Part shown: piece after piece, positions 59,029 through 64,000 of the stretch
Position numbering within the stretch: the stretch's first letter is position 1
How the letters are laid out: each line of letters begins with the position of its first letter
Origin: a virus
IMG/VR virus record: IMGVR_UViG_3300047157_000105
Location: 76,544 to 140,543 of that record
Length of the DNA stretch: 64,000 nucleotides
Strand: one strand, 5' to 3'
Program-made: the position numbers and the translations under genes
The notes under the pieces: generated by a model
The model's database searches: none
What the model was told of the DNA's origin: nothing
What the model saw: the letters and a program-made list of their open reading frames with translations, nothing else

Positions 59029-59646
59029 ATGTGGTATTATAATTCACAAATTATAAAAACACCTAAGGCAATGGAGATAGGTGATGTTCTCTATCCGAAA
59101 GCAATCTTTCGTGATAGTGCACAACTTACTGCATTAGGAATCAAGCCTTATCGTGAAGTAAAACCTGATTCAAGATATTATTGGGACGGAGCTTATACAG
59201 TAGATACATCAGGAGATGAAGTCGTAGGAACATATGCTGGCACTGCTAGAGATGTAGCTACACTTAAAACTGGTATGTTAGAAAAAGCTAATTCAGCAGT
59301 AGCTAGTAGACTTGAAGCTATTGATTGGTATTGGAGTAGAGCAGCTAAAGGTGGTACAGCAGTACCTTCTAATATAGCTACTTATGCTACAGCTTTGTAT
59401 AGCGAACACGAAACTATTAAGACTGCCATTGCAGCTCTTGATACAATAGCAAAGATCAAAACATATGAGAATAAACCTCATACTGAGACACGTAAAGTTG
59501 CAGTTAATAATGCAGACGGTTCTTTTAAAGAATGGCATGCATCCAATACAACAACGCATGCTAGAGAGATCGATATGTGTACACACTTTAGTGCTAACCC
59601 TACTGATGAAGTAGATCCTGCATTTGTAAGTTTAGTAGCTGATTAA
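59029..59646 (+). CDS. Fibre-associated protein
   Basis: YP..IF.....L...GI and L...DWY..R; late promoter at 58996-59003. Confidence 0.6.
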   Translation: MWYYNSQIIKTPKAMEIGDVLYPKAIFRDSAQLTALGIKPYREVKPDSRYYWDGAYTVDTSGDEVVGTYAGTARDVATLKTGMLEKANSAVASRLEAIDWYWSRAAKGGTAVPSNIATYATALYSEHETIKTAIAALDTIAKIKTYENKPHTETRKVAVNNADGSFKEWHASNTTTHAREIDMCTHFSANPTDEVDPAFVSLVAD

Positions 59647-59656
59647 GGAGTAATCA

Positions 59657-60418
59657 ATGCCAACTAATATCAATGGAAATACTGGAATTGATAAAGTACA
59701 AGATGGTACAGTTGTTAGTGCTGACATTGATACATTAGATGCCAGTAAACTAACAGGTTCAATAGCTGCCGCTAGGATAGCTAGTAATACTATTGACTCT
59801 GCACATATAGCTTCAGGTGCAGTTGATGATGCTCATATATCTGGTATTGCTGCAACGAAGTTAACAGGTGCTTTACCAGCTATTAGTGCAGCAAACTTAA
59901 CAGCTATACCAGCAGCTAATATAACAGGAACTTTACCAGCGATTAGTGGTGCTAGTTTAACTGGTTTGCCAGCACCTACAACTGCACAAATGCCAGCTGG
60001 TAGTTTACTTCAAGTTGCTACTGACTATGATGGTGACATAATTAATATGAGTAATAGCAGTTGGAATACTACTAATCTGTCAATAGCTTTTACTCCAAAA
60101 AGAGCCGACTCAAAAATAATTGTAACAGCACACTTAAATTTGTTTATGGCTGGCGGAGGCTCTCAACACGGTTCTGCTCAAGCACAAATTTATAAAGATA
60201 GTAGTGCTTTTGGTGAGTTACTTTGGGTATGGTGTGGATATGGAGGAACTGAAGCACAATTAGCTCAAGCCTCTCCTATTACAGTAGAAGAAGTTTCTGG
60301 TAGTACATCTGCTAGAACCTATAGTGTACAAGTTAGGAATTATCAAACTCAAGCTGGTAGTACGTTTAATCCATACACAGGACAATCGGCATTAATTGTT
60401 ATGGAGATAGCAGTATGA
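59657..60418 (+). CDS. Tail fibre module protein (GSLLQV...MEIA head)
   Basis: TGIDKVQDG N-terminus, LPAIS repeats and MPAGSLLQV...MEIAV head. Confidence 0.65.
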   Translation: MPTNINGNTGIDKVQDGTVVSADIDTLDASKLTGSIAAARIASNTIDSAHIASGAVDDAHISGIAATKLTGALPAISAANLTAIPAANITGTLPAISGASLTGLPAPTTAQMPAGSLLQVATDYDGDIINMSNSSWNTTNLSIAFTPKRADSKIIVTAHLNLFMAGGGSQHGSAQAQIYKDSSAFGELLWVWCGYGGTEAQLAQASPITVEEVSGSTSARTYSVQVRNYQTQAGSTFNPYTGQSALIVMEIAV

Positions 60419-60738
60419 GAGTAATTGACAAAATAGAAAAAGCAATTAAAGAAATAAACCCTAATGCAGAATTTATTATTAGAGGCACTTCGGGTGATGC
60501 TGCAACTGTTAGTGGTATTGAATGGGAAACTGGAACAACTCCTATAGCTAATTCTGTTATTGAAGCAAAAATGATTGAAGTGCAAGCAGCGTATGACGCA
60601 CAAGAATACGCAAGAAAACGCAAAGCTAAATACAATGCGTTAAATCAACTTGAATTAATCAGCGATGATGCTATTAATGGCACGACTACACACAAGGATG
60701 CCATATTAGCTATCAAGTCTGAGTTTCCAAAACCATAG
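60415..60738 (+). CDS. Putative fibre assembly chaperone / partner
   Basis: YARKRKAKY...NQ...DD..NGTTT.KDAI..IK.EFPKP; paralogue of 44007..44285. Confidence 0.6.
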   Translation: MRVIDKIEKAIKEINPNAEFIIRGTSGDAATVSGIEWETGTTPIANSVIEAKMIEVQAAYDAQEYARKRKAKYNALNQLELISDDAINGTTTHKDAILAIKSEFPKP

Positions 60739-60747
60739 GAGTAGAGA

Positions 60748-60972
60748 ATGGCAGTAGTAATAGACGGAGACGGAACATTTAGTATAAACAGTGTATCATA
60801 TAACTTAGCCGATAACAAATCGACTCAAGCAATTTATGAGCATGCAAATGAAATAACATCTGCATATACTATAAGTAGTAACAATAACGGAGTGAGTGGT
60901 GGAGCAATAACAATATCTGGTTCAGGTAGTGTTACAGTTCCAGCAGGATCTGAATGGGTAATTGTAGGATAG
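60748..60972 (+). CDS. Minimal fibre connector module
   Basis: Consists almost only of the YEHAN.I...Y.I...W.I module. Confidence 0.6.
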   Translation: MAVVIDGDGTFSINSVSYNLADNKSTQAIYEHANEITSAYTISSNNNGVSGGAITISGSGSVTVPAGSEWVIVG

Positions 60973-60981
60973 GAGATATAA

Positions 60982-61245
60982 ATGTCAATAGTAGTTAATG
61001 GTAGTGGAACAGTAACAGGAATATCAGTTGGAGGACTTCCAGACGGTATAGTAGATGACGACATGATTGCTACAGCTGCAAAAGCTGGGCCTGCGTTAGG
61101 TACTTCTCATGTGATCAGAACCAATGCACAGACTATTAGTGAGAACATTACTATACCTTCTACAACTAATGGTATGAGCGCTGGACCTATAGAAATAGCT
61201 GATGGTTATACTGTAACAGTTGATGGGAACTGGAGTATAGTGTGA
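60982..61245 (+). CDS. Minimal fibre connector module
   Basis: TGISVGGLPDG N-terminus (as in 44295) fused to the IRTN..TISENITIP...W module (as in 53438). Confidence 0.65.
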   Translation: MSIVVNGSGTVTGISVGGLPDGIVDDDMIATAAKAGPALGTSHVIRTNAQTISENITIPSTTNGMSAGPIEIADGYTVTVDGNWSIV

Positions 61246-61718
61246 GTACATTAAAGGTAAAAGGAATTTCTGCACCAACTGGTTATAACTTGGCTATGCC
61301 AGCTGGTGCGGTTTTACAAGTTATTGAAGGAACAACTGGTTCAGATACAAGCACAAGTGCTACAGTATTTACAGCAACAACTTTAAGTGCAGACATTACA
61401 CCAAAATTTAGCTCTAGTAAAATTTTAATAACTGTGAATGGGCATTTGTATAGTCCATCGGGAAATCAATTTTCTTGTGATGTTTATAGAGGTAACGCAT
61501 CAATTACTGGGAAAACTGAGGGTTTTCAAAAAGGTTGGTATTCAGATACAAGAGGTCGTTTTCCAGTTCATTGTTGTTTATTAGATAGTCCAAATACAAC
61601 AAGTTCTACAACATACAAACTATATATTAAATCTGCTAGTAGTTCAAACTCTCTTAGTTTTCCTAATCAACCAACAGAAACAAAATGCACAATAACACTT
61701 ATGGAAATAGCGGGGTAA
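61242..61718 (+). CDS. Fibre head module (GAVLQV...MEIAG)
   Basis: GTG start coupled to the upstream stop; ITP..SSSKILI and LDSP.TTS..TYK. Confidence 0.65.
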   Translation: MSTLKVKGISAPTGYNLAMPAGAVLQVIEGTTGSDTSTSATVFTATTLSADITPKFSSSKILITVNGHLYSPSGNQFSCDVYRGNASITGKTEGFQKGWYSDTRGRFPVHCCLLDSPNTTSSTTYKLYIKSASSSNSLSFPNQPTETKCTITLMEIAG

Positions 61719-61721
61719 AAT

Positions 61722-62321
61722 ATGGCATCAACACTTAAAGTAGATACAATACAAACAAATGATGGCACAGGCACTATAGCCTTACAGAATCAGCTATCGG
61801 GAATGACAACAGCTAGTTTGCCAGCATTAGGTTCTGCACAAATGCCTACGGGTAGTGTGTTGCAAGTCAAGCAAGCCTATAAAACAGATGTGTTTTCTAC
61901 AACAGCTAGTAGTGATACGGATATTACTGGGTTGTCTGTTTCTATTACACCTTCAAGCACATCATCAAAAATATTAGTTACATCAAATATAAGTGGATTT
62001 TCACATAACGGACTTGGTGGTGGTTTTTGTATTCAAAGAGATTCTACAAAAATTGGTTTAGCAACTGCTGGAGACCAAAGAAGAAGAACATCTTTTTCAG
62101 GTGGATTATATACAGGTGATGCTGCGGGAACAGGTCAAATGCATTTTAATGCTGTAGCTTGTTATTTAGATTCACCTTCATCTACTTCAGCACTTACTTA
62201 TAAAATTGTTGCTCAGTTAAACGGCAATACTCTTAAAGTAAATCAAGAAGAAGGAGATGCTAATACCAACGACACAAACAGAGGTGTAAGTCACATAACA
62301 GTAATGGAAATAGCTGGATGA
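61722..62321 (+). CDS. Fibre head module (GSVLQV...MEIAG)
   Basis: MASTLKVDTIQ; ITP.S.SSKILV and YLDSPS.TS..TYK. Confidence 0.65.
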   Translation: MASTLKVDTIQTNDGTGTIALQNQLSGMTTASLPALGSAQMPTGSVLQVKQAYKTDVFSTTASSDTDITGLSVSITPSSTSSKILVTSNISGFSHNGLGGGFCIQRDSTKIGLATAGDQRRRTSFSGGLYTGDAAGTGQMHFNAVACYLDSPSSTSALTYKIVAQLNGNTLKVNQEEGDANTNDTNRGVSHITVMEIAG

Positions 62322-62351
62322 TTTTTAATTTAATTTTAACAGGAGCAAGAA

Positions 62352-62669
62352 ATGGCAAATGAGATGACAACAACTGATGCCTTACAATCTTTAAAGCCAG
62401 GTGCTGAATGGGTATTGAGAGGTGACGAATTAGAGTGGCTGGACAGTAAACAAACTGAACCCACAGCAGAAGCACTAGCAGCAGAGGTTACAAGACTGCA
62501 AGGTGTCTATGATGGTAACGCGTACCAAAGAACAAGAGCAACAGCTTATGAAGCAATTGCAGAACAACTAGATAAGTTATATCACGATATGACTGCTGGT
62601 AAGTTAGATGCTACAGGTGAGTGGCACAAAGCAATTAAAGCTGTAAAAGACGCAAACCCTAAACCATAA
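62352..62669 (+). CDS. Putative fibre assembly chaperone / partner
   Basis: L.PGAEW...L.W.D...PT...YQRTR..AY..I.EQLD.LYHD...W...I.AVK...PKP. Confidence 0.6.
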   Translation: MANEMTTTDALQSLKPGAEWVLRGDELEWLDSKQTEPTAEALAAEVTRLQGVYDGNAYQRTRATAYEAIAEQLDKLYHDMTAGKLDATGEWHKAIKAVKDANPKP

Positions 62670-62679
62670 GGAATAAGAG

Positions 62680-63315
62680 ATGGGAACAACGATTAGTGGT
62701 GCAACAGGAATTGATAAAGTACAAGACGGAACAATTGTCAATGCTGACATAAACAGTAGTGCTGCTATTGCTGGTACTAAGTTGGTTATGCCTACTGGTA
62801 GTGTGTTACAGGTTGTACATACAGAAGATGGTACTAAACAAACATTAAGTAGTACAACAGCTAAATTAATAGAAACAAGCATAACAATGAAAGGTGTTAA
62901 CAGTTCTTTGCTTATAAGAGCAAATGTTCCTATTGGCGGAGATGATAATGGTAATTCAGATGTAGATATATCACTTGGTTTTGGTTACAAATCAGGAAGT
63001 GCAAGTTCGACAAGCACAGATTACAGTAAAGCTGGTGGAAGAAATGCATATGCTAGAAATCGTATTGATGGTATAGATAGTTGGTTTAATTCAGATACAA
63101 AACAACACGGAGAAGGGTACGACAATCATTGGGTATTACATACAGGTCACGAGTATTTAAAAACTGGCTTAACTTATGCTGCTGGAACAGTTGTGCAAGT
63201 AGCACTTTGGTGTAGAACTAATAGTGGTTCATATGATTTTTGTTGTGCTGAAAACAAAGCTGACACAGATGCTGGAATGGTAATGAGTTTAAATATTACG
63301 GAGATAGCGGGATGA
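62680..63315 (+). CDS. Fibre head module (GSVLQV...EIAG)
   Basis: TGIDKVQDG N-terminus shared with 59657; MPTGSVLQV shared with 61722. Confidence 0.65.
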   Translation: MGTTISGATGIDKVQDGTIVNADINSSAAIAGTKLVMPTGSVLQVVHTEDGTKQTLSSTTAKLIETSITMKGVNSSLLIRANVPIGGDDNGNSDVDISLGFGYKSGSASSTSTDYSKAGGRNAYARNRIDGIDSWFNSDTKQHGEGYDNHWVLHTGHEYLKTGLTYAAGTVVQVALWCRTNSGSYDFCCAENKADTDAGMVMSLNITEIAG

Positions 63316-63344
63316 GTACAATAAAATCAAGTGACGGAGATTAA
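63312..63344 (+). pseudogene. 10-codon remnant of a fibre gene start (MSTIKSSDGD*)
   Basis: 20 of 21 nt identical to the start of 51681 (ATGAGcACAATAAAATCAAGT). Confidence 0.6.
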
Positions 63345-64000
63345 ATGGCAACAGTTAAATTAGATCCTGCAAAAGGAATACAAATACCAAATCTAACCAC
63401 GACAGAGAGGAATGCAATTTCTTCTCCTGAGACTGGAGCTATTATTTGGAATACGACTACATCCGAAATTAATCAGTATAATGGATCTGCATGGGAGATC
63501 ACATATACAGATACAAGTGTTGCAGGTATTACATCGAGTGCTGATGCTACAGCTATCACAATTGACTCAAACGAACAAGTTGGAATAGCAAACACAAGTC
63601 CAAACTCTTATGATGCAGAAGCTAAAAATTTAGTTGTAGGAAGTGGTACTGGTCATCAAGGTATAACTATTGTTGCTGGTACATCAAGTAAATCTAAAAT
63701 TCATTTTGCAGATGGCACAGGTTCAGCAGCTTATCAAGGTATGTTGCATTACGACCATAGTAATGATAGGTTCACTATGGCTACTGCTACAGCTGATAGA
63801 ATAAAAATTGATTCAGATGGTATTAAATTTGGCTCTGACACAGCAGCAGCCAATGCTTTAGACGATTATGAGGAAGGTACTTGGACTCCAACACTTGGTC
63901 CAGGTTCAGGTCAGTCCTATGCTTCACAAGTAGGAACATATACAAAAGTTGGTAATGTTGTTCATTGTTGGGTAGATTTAACGCTTAGTGCTAGAGGTTC
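63345..64000 (+). CDS. Tail fibre module protein, 3'-truncated by the window edge
   Basis: MATVKLDPAKG..TTTERNAISSP..G.IIWNTTT...ALDDYEEGTWTP...YTKVGNVV; frame open to the end of the window. Confidence 0.75.
   Translation, partial: MATVKLDPAKGIQIPNLTTTERNAISSPETGAIIWNTTTSEINQYNGSAWEITYTDTSVAGITSSADATAITIDSNEQVGIANTSPNSYDAEAKNLVVGSGTGHQGITIVAGTSSKSKIHFADGTGSAAYQGMLHYDHSNDRFTMATATADRIKIDSDGIKFGSDTAAANALDDYEEGTWTPTLGPGSGQSYASQVGTYTKVGNVVHCWVDLTLSARG

Noticed and set aside
1099-62882. Numerous antisense and alternate-frame ORFs in the track (e.g. 1759..2082, 14992..15438, 38151..38711, 39652..40350)
   Set aside because: They are shadows of well-supported genes, arising from codon bias in Thr/Ala/Gly-rich proteins; they have no SD or recognisable motifs.
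41317-64000. Diversity-generating retroelement or invertase shufflon
   Set aside because: No reverse transcriptase or recombinase in the window; all genes and repeats are direct on one strand; repeat mismatches are not adenine-specific.
1-64000. Alternative genetic code (stop-codon reassignment)
   Set aside because: Core genes are full length under the standard code, and TAA, TAG and TGA all end genes at expected positions.

Overview
This window is about 64 kb of an AT-rich T4-like myophage genome, probably marine. It has four blocks. (1) 1-18.4 kb, + strand: probable capsid-packaged proteins (a ligase-fold KxDG protein and a HIGH-type cytidyltransferase-family enzyme), class Ia nrdA/nrdB, glutaredoxin, iscA, a DenV-like glycosylase, a GIY-YIG nuclease, RNase H, an exonuclease, a cluster of small early genes, a porin-like gene, and gp33-gp59-gp32. 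(2) 18.4-23.0 kb, - strand: gp4, gp2, gp54-like, gp26, gp51-like and a tape-measure/hub candidate. (3) 23.0-37.6 kb: baseplate genes gp48, gp53, hub, gp5, gp25, gp6, gp7-like, gp8 and a VrlC-like protein. (4) 37.6-64 kb: about 30 tail-fibre/adhesin genes built from a small set of reused modules. Main signals missing from the ORF track: a complete circularly permuted (two-piece) tmRNA gene between nrdA and iscA, with tag GNQSDYLLAA; a candidate -1 ribosomal frameshift on U7 fusing gp26 to a gp51-like frame upstream of the tape-measure candidate; two families of phage-specific sigma70-type promoters; several apparently leaderless genes; hydrophobic microproteins; a pseudoknot-capped porin mRNA; and DNA-level repeats at fibre-module junctions. 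All product calls come from motif recognition and synteny; no database search was run.
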